Origin: Gammaproteobacteria bacterium
Lineage (GTDB): Bacteria > Pseudomonadota > Gammaproteobacteria > Eutrophobiales > Eutrophobiaceae
DNA length: 64,000 nucleotides
Direction: 5' to 3'
Assembly: GCA_965116495.1 (NCBI GenBank)
Contig: OZ220696.1
Coordinates: forward strand, 1,760,001-1,824,000
The position numbers and the translations under genes were made by a program. Each line of letters begins with the position of its first letter. Position 1 is the first letter of the stretch. Of this stretch, positions 56,230 through 64,000 are shown piece by piece. The notes beneath the pieces are model-generated. The model was not told where the DNA came from. It made no database searches and saw nothing but the letters and a program-made list of their open reading frames with translations.

Positions 56230-57589
56230 AATCCGGTTGTGCCTTATCGAATACCAGCGCCAGGATCTGCACCATTTCATCGACGTCCTCATTGCTGAAA
56301 ACCAGCGGCGGAGAAATGATCAGGTTCGAACCAAGGTTCCTGATCAGCAAGCCTTCCCGGCGCGTCAGGTCCTGGATAAGTTCAAGAAAGGGATCGCCCG
56401 GCATGAAGGATTCCTTCGACGATTTGTCCATGACCAGTTCTATGGCCATCATCAGGCCCTTCCCCCTGATATCACCGATAAAATCATAATGAGCCAGTTC
56501 GTTTTTCAGTTTCGCCAGGCAATAGCTACCCACCTGCGCGGCATTTGCCGGCAGCGCTTCATCTTCGACAATCTGCAGGGCGGCGTTGGCCGCGGCACAG
56601 GCAAGCGGATGTCCCGAATAGGTGTAGCCGTGCAGGATGGCGGCCAGCGGGTGATCGGAATCCCAGGCCTGGCGCACGCGTTCGTTAACCACGGTTGCGC
56701 CTAACGGGATATATCCGGAATTGATCCCTTTTGCCAGGCACATGATGTCAGGTTTGACGCCCCAGCCGCGGCAACCGAACATGCTGCCGCTGCGGCCAAA
56801 GCCGGTGACGACCTCATCGGCAATGAGCAATACCCCGTATTTGTCGCAGACTTGCCTGACCAGCGGCCAGTAGTTGTCCGGCGGTACGATCACGCCGCCG
56901 GCGCCCTGTACCGGTTCGGCAATGAACGCGGCAACCGTATGCGGCCCATGGTGCAGGATCTCCCGCTCAAGCAGGTCGGCGCAGATCTTTCCCAGTTCCT
57001 CAGGATCATCCGAGTAGGGGTTGCGGTATAACCAGGGGGTGTCGACCTGGAAACAACCGGGGAGAACCGGTTCGTACATGGAACGAAGGTACATCTGGCC
57101 GCCGATGGACGTGCCGCCGAAATGCACCCCGTGGTACCCCTGTTTCAGCGATATGAATTTTGTCCGTTGCGCTTCACCCGCCAGCTTCCAGTATTGCCGC
57201 GCCAGTTTCAGTGCGGTTTCGTTTGCATCAGAACCGCCGGAGCTGAAGAAAACCCGCTGCATGCCTTCCGGCGCGAGCATGCGCGTCAGCCGTTCGGCGA
57301 GTTCCATGACAGGCAGGTTGCTGGTGTCGCCAAAGGTGGTGTAATAGGGTAGTTTATCCATTTGGGCATTGATGGCCTGCTTCACTTCGTCACGCCCGTG
57401 GCCTACATTGACGCACCACAATCCCCCCTGGGTATCCAGGTAGCGTTTTCCGTCCGTGTCATGGACATAAACGCCTTCTGCGCGCTCGAATACCAGTGGC
57501 GGCGACTGTTCCGCCGATTTCGGCTCGGCCATCGGATGCCAGTGGTGGACTTTTAGCTGCGAGTTATCTAATTGCGCGATGTTTTCCAT
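56210..57589 (-). CDS. Class III PLP aminotransferase (omega-amine/putrescine type)
   Basis: GLWCVNVGHGR, GYHG, IAEPVQGAGG, IADEVVTGFGR, AKGINSGY. Confidence 0.92.
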   Translation of the reverse strand: MENIAQLDNSQLKVHHWHPMAEPKSAEQSPPLVFERAEGVYVHDTDGKRYLDTQGGLWCVNVGHGRDEVKQAINAQMDKLPYYTTFGDTSNLPVMELAERLTRMLAPEGMQRVFFSSGGSDANETALKLARQYWKLAGEAQRTKFISLKQGYHGVHFGGTSIGGQMYLRSMYEPVLPGCFQVDTPWLYRNPYSDDPEELGKICADLLEREILHHGPHTVAAFIAEPVQGAGGVIVPPDNYWPLVRQVCDKYGVLLIADEVVTGFGRSGSMFGCRGWGVKPDIMCLAKGINSGYIPLGATVVNERVRQAWDSDHPLAAILHGYTYSGHPLACAAANAALQIVEDEALPANAAQVGSYCLAKLKNELAHYDFIGDIRGKGLMMAIELVMDKSSKESFMPGDPFLELIQDLTRREGLLIRNLGSNLIISPPLVFSNEDVDEMVQILALVFDKAQPDFSTHAG

Positions 57590-57608
57590 TTTATTTACCT
57601 TGTCTGGT

Positions 57609-59228
57609 TCAGGATTGGTGTTGCCCGGCTGCCGGTTCCACGGCGGCGTCCGCCATGGCCTTCAGCCTGCGTTTATCGGGTTTGTTGTTCGGTAACAGCG
57701 GCAGTGATGTCGTCGTCACGACATGCTTTGGAATTTTGTAATCAGCAAGATGTAACCTGGAATAATCATGCAGGGATTGTTCGTCAACGGATTGCCCCGG
57801 CGCCGGTGTCACATAGGCATAGCCCACCTCACCATAAACGGGATCGGGCACGCCGACGACACAGGCCAGGTTTACGGACGGGTGAGATTCGAGCACCTGT
57901 TCGATCTCCTTGGGGTAGACGTTATAGCCACCCGACTTGTACATGTCGGACAAGCGCCCGACCAGTACGATATTGCCGTCGTCACGTTTCATGGCTACAT
58001 CTTTGGTATGCAACCATCCATCGTTATCGATCGCCTGCGCGGTGGCTTCCGGCAGGCGCCAGTATTCTTTCATGATAAACGGACCGCGCAGGAGAATTTC
58101 ACCCGGCTCGCCTTTTTGTACATCCTTGCCGCACTCATCAACCAGGCGGAACCCGCAATCGGCCAGCGGCTTGCCGACACTCTGCGACAACAGGTCAATA
58201 TCATCAGTTGAGGGAATTGCGGTCGCCGCCCCGGCGGCTTCCGTCAAGGCATACATGCTGGTAATGGCAGGACAGATCTCCCTGCACAGGCGTTCCAGCA
58301 AGGGTTTCGATGTCGCACCGCCGCTGTAGGAGATTTCTTTGATCGATGATAAATCCGTACCGGAAAAATCGGGGTGGTCCAGTATACTCTGCAACATGAC
58401 CGGTACACCGCCCCAGACGGTGATGCGTTTTTCCTGAATTGTCCTCAGCACCGTTTCAGGATCGAATTTTTCCAAGTAATGACCTGTGCCCCCGGTAACG
58501 AGACAGTACACCGAACACGCGATTATTCCGGCAATATGATTAATGGGATATGCGTTAATCATCCTGACAGCGCCGGCTGAACGGAGCGATATTTGTACAT
58601 GCGCATGGCGGATGGCGCCGTAATGGTGCAGCACCGCGCCTTTCGGCCTGCCCGTCGTCCCGGACGTATAGACGATGAACGCCGCGTCCTTACTCGTTAC
58701 ATCGTTCCGTGCATCCGTCAGGGCATCATTCCCGGCGTTGCTCCCGTCCGCAATAAAATCCTTGAAAGAACGTGCAGGAGGCGGTCCATCATCGTCGCCA
58801 AGCGCGATAAGGTGTTTGACACTCCGGACCTTGGCGCGGATGTAGTTTAACTCTTCATGATATTGACGATTGCCGATCCGGATCCTGGCGAAAATAACGG
58901 CAGGTTCGGAATCGGAAACCACGTGTTCCAGTTCGGTGCGCGTATAACGCGGGTTGAGCCCTACCCAGATCCCACCAATTGCCGTCGTCGCCAGGAGAAT
59001 AATGAAATAATCCGGGTGCGGCGGGGAGAGTGTCGCCACCCGGTCCCCTTTTCCGATGCCAAGCGCCAGCAACCCCCGGGCGCAGTCTTCCACGCGACCA
59101 AGCAGGGCAGCATACGAGAGCATGTCTTCGCCGATACCAACGGCGTCCCCCTCCGGTGTTGCACCGGCATGGTGATATAAGTAATCGCTGATACGTTTAT
59201 CCTGGAACTGTGCCGGATTGACTTTCAT
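57609..59228 (-). CDS. Acyl-CoA synthetase (class I adenylate-forming)
   Basis: YTSGTTGRPKG, YALTE, SGGYNVYPKEIE. Confidence 0.9.
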   Translation of the reverse strand: MKVNPAQFQDKRISDYLYHHAGATPEGDAVGIGEDMLSYAALLGRVEDCARGLLALGIGKGDRVATLSPPHPDYFIILLATTAIGGIWVGLNPRYTRTELEHVVSDSEPAVIFARIRIGNRQYHEELNYIRAKVRSVKHLIALGDDDGPPPARSFKDFIADGSNAGNDALTDARNDVTSKDAAFIVYTSGTTGRPKGAVLHHYGAIRHAHVQISLRSAGAVRMINAYPINHIAGIIACSVYCLVTGGTGHYLEKFDPETVLRTIQEKRITVWGGVPVMLQSILDHPDFSGTDLSSIKEISYSGGATSKPLLERLCREICPAITSMYALTEAAGAATAIPSTDDIDLLSQSVGKPLADCGFRLVDECGKDVQKGEPGEILLRGPFIMKEYWRLPEATAQAIDNDGWLHTKDVAMKRDDGNIVLVGRLSDMYKSGGYNVYPKEIEQVLESHPSVNLACVVGVPDPVYGEVGYAYVTPAPGQSVDEQSLHDYSRLHLADYKIPKHVVTTTSLPLLPNNKPDKRRLKAMADAAVEPAAGQHQS

Positions 59229-59271
59229 GATTGTGGTTTGATCACTTCCCCCGATCCCTTTCGGCTGATAA

Positions 59272-61239
59272 TCAGATCAGACCCAGCGCCTGGCGCGCGG
59301 CCCGCTCACCTTCTTCAATGCCGCGCGACCAGAGTTGCTGTCCGGACAGTTCGGAGTGGCCGACAGTGACACGGCCATAGCCCTCCCGGACCACGTCGCG
59401 CGGCGCCGGCGCACCGTTCTTCCCGAAATAAAATCCCGGTTGGGGCGCGATGTAGGCGTGTCCCCAGCGGTTCAGGACGATCGCGGCGATATCCCGTTTT
59501 GCATCGAACCCGGCCATACCGAATAGTTTCTGCATCTGCCGGCGTACCTGGATCTCTATCGAGCGGTAACTGCCGGCAAACAACTGGTGGCGACCCAGTA
59601 CCGTCTGTTGCTGAAGCGGCACACCTGGGCTGAGATACGGGACGTAAAACGTCAGTACGGTAGGTTTGGCCGGATCCAGCGGGTCCGCTTTACCGTCGAT
59701 CACCATTTGCCGCCGCAGGTTGGTGTACCAGCCAAAGCCGCTGAACCACTGGGCGGCGGAGATGCCCAAGCGCTCCATGAACTGCCAGTTACGTACCGCT
59801 ACGTTCACCGTCAGCATCGGCGCATGGTAGAACTGTGCATAGGCATCCCGGTGCGGCGCCGGCAGGTCACGCAATATATGCCTGTTGACCCAGCCGCCGC
59901 TGGCCATCACGACCGAGCGGGCCCTGACCCGGTAGAGCCTGCCGCCCTTGTGGTAAATCACGTTCACGAACCCGGACTTGTCCGGCGTACCGTTATGCTC
60001 TACGTGGACGGCCGTTGCATCGAGGCGGATGCGTACCTGTTGTCCGCTCCGGTCGAGGGCCTGCCAGTTCACATTACCCCATAAAACGTCTTTCAGGTCG
60101 TTGCCGCCGGCGATTGAATCCGGGATCATGGCTTTGACAAAATGGCGCGCGGTACCGGTATTGCCGCCGGGCCAGCTCACCAGCGAAATCTGGTGGACAT
60201 CGGCAGGGTCGATTCCCCGCGCTTCGTAATAGCGGTCGGTAAATGCACGCGTACCAGGCAGGTAAAAATCAAACGCCGTATACGCGGATATCTGGTCACC
60301 GCCCAGGCCACCCCCCGCCGCGGCAAAAGCCTTGTCGACAAATGGCAATACTCCGGGCGAACAACCCATTTCCCTGACAACGAAATCACGGTAAGTCATG
60401 GAATCCAGCCAGGGCTCCCAGTCTTCCCGGTCCGGCGGCGTATAATAATTTTCCAGCCGCACCAGGTCCCGTCTTACCCTGTCCGTTAACGGCGCATCCT
60501 TGAAATCGTTCGCCCAGGGATTAATTATCCATTCTCCGCCCTGGTCATTGTCGAAAAAATAGCCCGTTGTCGCACCGCCCCGGTCACTGTACATGGACGT
60601 ATAGTGGTCTGCAGGGACAGCCAACCCGTGTTGGCTGCCGGTAACTTCCTGGAATTCGAACGAGTCGGGCAAGCCGAGATCGTGCCAGTAACGATGGAAC
60701 AGGCCGTATTTTGTCGCATATTTCGGTGGCCAGATCATGCCGTTGGAGCCCTGTGGCGCGGTCAGGTGATAGCCGTCCACCTCGAATTCATTCTGCTTCG
60801 CTTCTCCCCCGAAAATGGAATGATTGTCCAGCAACAGGCAGGTCTGTTTTTTTTCCGCTTCCCTGGTAAAGGTGTAGGCGGCTCCCAGGCCGGCGAAGCC
60901 ACCTCCCACGATTACCATATCGAATGTCTCCCTGCTGTCTTCGGCGTCCCGGATCGAGGATTGATAGCGGCCGTCACGAATACCGTGGGCGGCATTGACG
61001 ACCCCGGCGGTGTTACCATTGGCCCGGGCGTAGTCGCCGACACCACCGTAGCCGGTCCAGTCTTCGCCAACGTCAGGCAGCGTTGCCTGGGCGGATGCCG
61101 TTCGCAACAAGCCCGGCGCCTGCATGGTCAGGAGTGTCGCGCCGCTGCCGATCAGGCCGGTATTGATAAAATCGCGCCGGGTGATGTCGGCGCCAAGCCC
61201 GAGAGCATCCAACTCATTATCGTTTCTGCGTTCAGTCAT
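59272..61239 (-). CDS. Tat-exported spermidine dehydrogenase (SpdH)-like flavoprotein
   Basis: ITRRDFIN signal; VGGGFAGL, DNHSIFGGEAKQNEF, RDIAAIVLNRWGHAY resemble the SpdH family. Confidence 0.78.
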   Translation of the reverse strand: MTERRNDNELDALGLGADITRRDFINTGLIGSGATLLTMQAPGLLRTASAQATLPDVGEDWTGYGGVGDYARANGNTAGVVNAAHGIRDGRYQSSIRDAEDSRETFDMVIVGGGFAGLGAAYTFTREAEKKQTCLLLDNHSIFGGEAKQNEFEVDGYHLTAPQGSNGMIWPPKYATKYGLFHRYWHDLGLPDSFEFQEVTGSQHGLAVPADHYTSMYSDRGGATTGYFFDNDQGGEWIINPWANDFKDAPLTDRVRRDLVRLENYYTPPDREDWEPWLDSMTYRDFVVREMGCSPGVLPFVDKAFAAAGGGLGGDQISAYTAFDFYLPGTRAFTDRYYEARGIDPADVHQISLVSWPGGNTGTARHFVKAMIPDSIAGGNDLKDVLWGNVNWQALDRSGQQVRIRLDATAVHVEHNGTPDKSGFVNVIYHKGGRLYRVRARSVVMASGGWVNRHILRDLPAPHRDAYAQFYHAPMLTVNVAVRNWQFMERLGISAAQWFSGFGWYTNLRRQMVIDGKADPLDPAKPTVLTFYVPYLSPGVPLQQQTVLGRHQLFAGSYRSIEIQVRRQMQKLFGMAGFDAKRDIAAIVLNRWGHAYIAPQPGFYFGKNGAPAPRDVVREGYGRVTVGHSELSGQQLWSRGIEEGERAARQALGLI

Positions 61240-61290
61240 ACCTGGTTGTCTCCGCGTGATGTTGTTCCATTACAAATCGGTGTCTTTTTA

Positions 61291-61357
61291 TTGACACGCC
61301 ATAACTAACAATAGTATTATGAACGTATGGCGTTCAATTGTACGTTATGCGTACAAT
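61291..61357 (+). promoter_or_regulatory. Promoter and two IclR-type operators between SpdH-like gene and TBDR4
   Basis: TTGACA (61291) and TATTAT (61315), 18-bp spacer; TGAACG-N5-CGTTCA (61320-61336) and ATTGTACG-N5-CGTACAAT (61337-61357). Confidence 0.65.
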
Positions 61358-61411
61358 TTAGTGTAACATACTTTTTGCTACAATGAGAAGTTTACTCGGG
61401 GATCTAAAATC

Positions 61412-63691
61412 ATGAAGTTACGACTGAACTTATTAATAAAGGCTAAAATCGCAGCAGGAGCACTGCTTTGTGGTGGATTGCTGTGTTCACCCGCCTATTC
61501 TGCCCTGCTTGAAGAGATAGTGGTGACGGCGCAAAAGCGCGAACAGAACCTGCAGGATGTGGGCATTTCCGTGACGGCTTTCAGCGGCAACCAGATCCGC
61601 ACACTGGGATACACGAACACCATCGATATCGCCGCTCAAACGCCCGGGCTCGGTATCATCCAGTATCACCCGACCCTGACCACAACCAATATCCGCGGCA
61701 TTTCACAAAACGATTTTGCCGACCACCTGGAACCACCTATCGCGATGTACGTGGATGAAGCCTATGTCAGCGCCATGGGCGCGGGACATGCACAGTTATA
61801 TGACCTGCAGCGAGTGGAAGTATTACGCGGACCACAGGGAACCCTGTTCGGCCGCAACGCAACCGGTGGTTTGCTGCACTATATCAGCGCCAAACCCACT
61901 GAGGACCCCGAAGGTTATGTTGAATTTACCTACGGGTCTTACGATCAAAAAAAGTTTGAAGGGGCAATCAGCGGGCCACTGACGGACAAGCTCCTGGCAC
62001 GGGTGTCGTTTGCCGGAAATTTCCATGATGGTGTAGCAGAGAACCGGATCGGATCGGACGTCCGGGGCAGTGAGCACTATGCCTTGCGCGGCCAACTGGA
62101 ATTTCGACCCTCCGAAGAGGTGACGCTGAACCTGAAAGCGCATTATGCCAATGACGATGATGAACACGGTAACGCTTACACGCATACGCCCATTTCGGCA
62201 AATGAAGACGGCCTGGGTTTTGAGATCAGCCCGGATTCATTTGTAAACGGTTTCTGCCCGGGATGTGATTTTTACGGTTACCGGGATCCCGATGACGACC
62301 CCTTCACCGGTTCCTATGATTATACCGGGGAATTCCGTCGCTCAATCGCCGGCATCACCGGCAGGTTGACCTGGGATATGGGCAACGTCACCGTGACGTC
62401 GATCACCGATTACCTGCAGATGAATAAAAACTACGGCGAAGACACGGACGGTTCCCCCAATCCCGTATTCGTATTTATTACCGACCAGGATTTTGAACAG
62501 TTCTCCCAGGAATTGAGATTAAACGGTGATGTGGGTGAGAACCTGCGCTGGACGACAGGGTTTTATTACCTGGATATCGAACATGCCGGCAACCTGAATT
62601 ACTTTCTGGACCTGCCCTTTTACTCACCGACCTATTCCTTCGGAGAACCCACTTCTTATATTTCAGGGCCGACGACCAATAATGTAGAAACGGAGTCCTG
62701 GGCCGTGTTCGGGCACCTGGAGTATGACCTTAACGAAAACTGGGGCATCATTGCGGCCTTGCGCTATACGGAAGATCAGAAGGATACGGTATTTCAATCG
62801 GCAGATGTGCTGGGTGGTAACGTTACCGGCCTCGGCTTTACCCTCACTATCCCGTTTGACCTGGCTGCCGATCCGGATTTCGACCTGTTCGACCAGAGTT
62901 TCGAAAACGTGTCCGCGAAGTTCGAAATTGACTGGCGACCCACCGATGACACCCTGATATTTGCCAGCTTCAATCGCGGCCATAAAGCCGGAGGGTCACG
63001 AGTGGTGGCGGGCGGCAATCCCACTACGGCCATACCGACGTTTCCACATGATGAAGAGGTCCTGCACAGTTGGGAGATAGGTATCAAAACCACCTTCATG
63101 GAGGGGCGCGCCCAGTTGAATGCCAGTGCCTTTTATTACGATTACCAGGACTACCAGGCTTTTGTTGTCATTCCGGGCGCGATACCGGCCTCACTGACCA
63201 TTATCAACCTGGATGCAGAGGCAGTCGGTGGCGAAGTGGAATTGACGCTGCAACCGACGGAAGGCTGGGGTTTCCGTTTCGGCGCATCATTTGAAGACAG
63301 TGAGGTGAAGGACGTGCTGCTGCCCAGCGGACGCTTCGTCGATAATGATCTGCCTTATGCTCCATCATTTACTTTGAATGGTCTGGCCCGCTATGAATGG
63401 CCGGCCTTGGGCGGCACCATGGCGATCCAGGGTGATTTCAACTATTCGGAGGATTTCTGTTTCAGCGTGTTGTGCGCGCCGCTGGACCAGGAAGATTCCT
63501 TTATCATCGGAAACTTCCGTGTCAGCTATACCAGTGGAAACGAAAGCTGGAAGCTGGCTGCCTTTGTCAATAACGTCAGTGATACGGAATACCGCCTGTA
63601 CACGCTGGACATCAGTGGATTATCCATCGGCAACGATGCCTACGCCAATCCACGCTGGGCCGGTGGCACCATCACCTTTAACTGGAAGTAA
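61412..63691 (+). CDS. TonB-dependent receptor (TBDR4)
   Basis: EEIVVTAQKREQ, VEVLRGPQGTLFGRN, C-terminal beta strand. Confidence 0.93.
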   Translation: MKLRLNLLIKAKIAAGALLCGGLLCSPAYSALLEEIVVTAQKREQNLQDVGISVTAFSGNQIRTLGYTNTIDIAAQTPGLGIIQYHPTLTTTNIRGISQNDFADHLEPPIAMYVDEAYVSAMGAGHAQLYDLQRVEVLRGPQGTLFGRNATGGLLHYISAKPTEDPEGYVEFTYGSYDQKKFEGAISGPLTDKLLARVSFAGNFHDGVAENRIGSDVRGSEHYALRGQLEFRPSEEVTLNLKAHYANDDDEHGNAYTHTPISANEDGLGFEISPDSFVNGFCPGCDFYGYRDPDDDPFTGSYDYTGEFRRSIAGITGRLTWDMGNVTVTSITDYLQMNKNYGEDTDGSPNPVFVFITDQDFEQFSQELRLNGDVGENLRWTTGFYYLDIEHAGNLNYFLDLPFYSPTYSFGEPTSYISGPTTNNVETESWAVFGHLEYDLNENWGIIAALRYTEDQKDTVFQSADVLGGNVTGLGFTLTIPFDLAADPDFDLFDQSFENVSAKFEIDWRPTDDTLIFASFNRGHKAGGSRVVAGGNPTTAIPTFPHDEEVLHSWEIGIKTTFMEGRAQLNASAFYYDYQDYQAFVVIPGAIPASLTIINLDAEAVGGEVELTLQPTEGWGFRFGASFEDSEVKDVLLPSGRFVDNDLPYAPSFTLNGLARYEWPALGGTMAIQGDFNYSEDFCFSVLCAPLDQEDSFIIGNFRVSYTSGNESWKLAAFVNNVSDTEYRLYTLDISGLSIGNDAYANPRWAGGTITFNWK

Positions 63692-63708
63692 CTGCGAGAC
63701 AGATGTAC

Positions 63709-63736
63709 GGGGTCGGAGTATGGTTACCCTGACCCC
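63709..63736. repeat. GGGGTC-ended degenerate palindrome
   Basis: GGGGTCGG...CTGACCCC between TBDR4 and the next gene. Confidence 0.6.
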
Positions 63737-63756
63737 AAAATCTACCCCCGGATCTC

Positions 63757-64000
63757 ATGAGTACAGTTCCAGCGTATGATGCCGTTATTATCGGCGCCGG
63801 ACACAATGGACTGACCTGCGCCAACTACCTGGCCCGCAAGGGGCTGAAAGTGAAGGTGGTCGAACGCCGCCACGTGGTAGGCGGCGCGGTCGTCACGGAA
63901 GAGTTCCATCCCGGCTATCGCAATTCAACCTGTTCCTATGCGGTCAGCCTGCTCAATCCGAAAGTGATCCGTGACCTGGAACTGCAAAAATACGGCCTGG
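63757..64000 (+). CDS. Phytoene desaturase-like FAD-dependent oxidoreductase (3' end outside window)
   Basis: MSTVPAYDAVIIGAGHNGLTCANYLARKG...VERRHVVGGAVVTEEFHPGYRNSTCSY, open to the window end. Confidence 0.85.
   Translation, partial: MSTVPAYDAVIIGAGHNGLTCANYLARKGLKVKVVERRHVVGGAVVTEEFHPGYRNSTCSYAVSLLNPKVIRDLELQKYGL

Overview
A 64 kb stretch of GC-rich bacterial chromosome. The def-fmt-rsmB / dprA-topA-purE-tsaC block and the many TonB-dependent receptors point to a Gammaproteobacterium; a marine or host-associated lifestyle is only inferred. (1) 1-2.2 kb: end of the tyrosine/homogentisate lower pathway (FAH-family, maiA, scoAB). (2) 2.4-12.1 kb: a dismantled defence island. It holds an intact DUF262-DUF1524 (GmrSD-like) nuclease with extra C-terminal domains, an hsdS fragment fused to an 18-codon hsdR relic, a class II Fic, RloA/RloB, and three type II toxin-antitoxin loci. 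In all three the antitoxin is intact and the toxin is damaged: brnT internally deleted, yoeB split by a complete 2605-bp IS21 with a 7-bp target duplication, and a PIN gene truncated. (3) 12-46 kb and 54-64 kb: four TonB-dependent-receptor catabolic loci with AraC/IclR/MarR regulators, Tat-exported oxidoreductases/hydrolases, CoA ligases and MFS transporters, plus hppD, mepA and cysC. (4) 46-54 kb: housekeeping genes carrying repeat-derived insertions. Two families of short palindromes (GGGG[A/T]C-ended and CGTC-ended) sit at module boundaries, are often flanked by tandem duplications, and one related sequence lies in frame inside topA. Best candidates for undescribed biology: the palindrome-bounded modules with end-anchored duplication, an IS21 target that mimics the element's own end, the multi-reader GmrSD-like nuclease, and the TBDR/Tat small-molecule utilisation loci. 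All family assignments come from motif recognition by eye; no database search was run.
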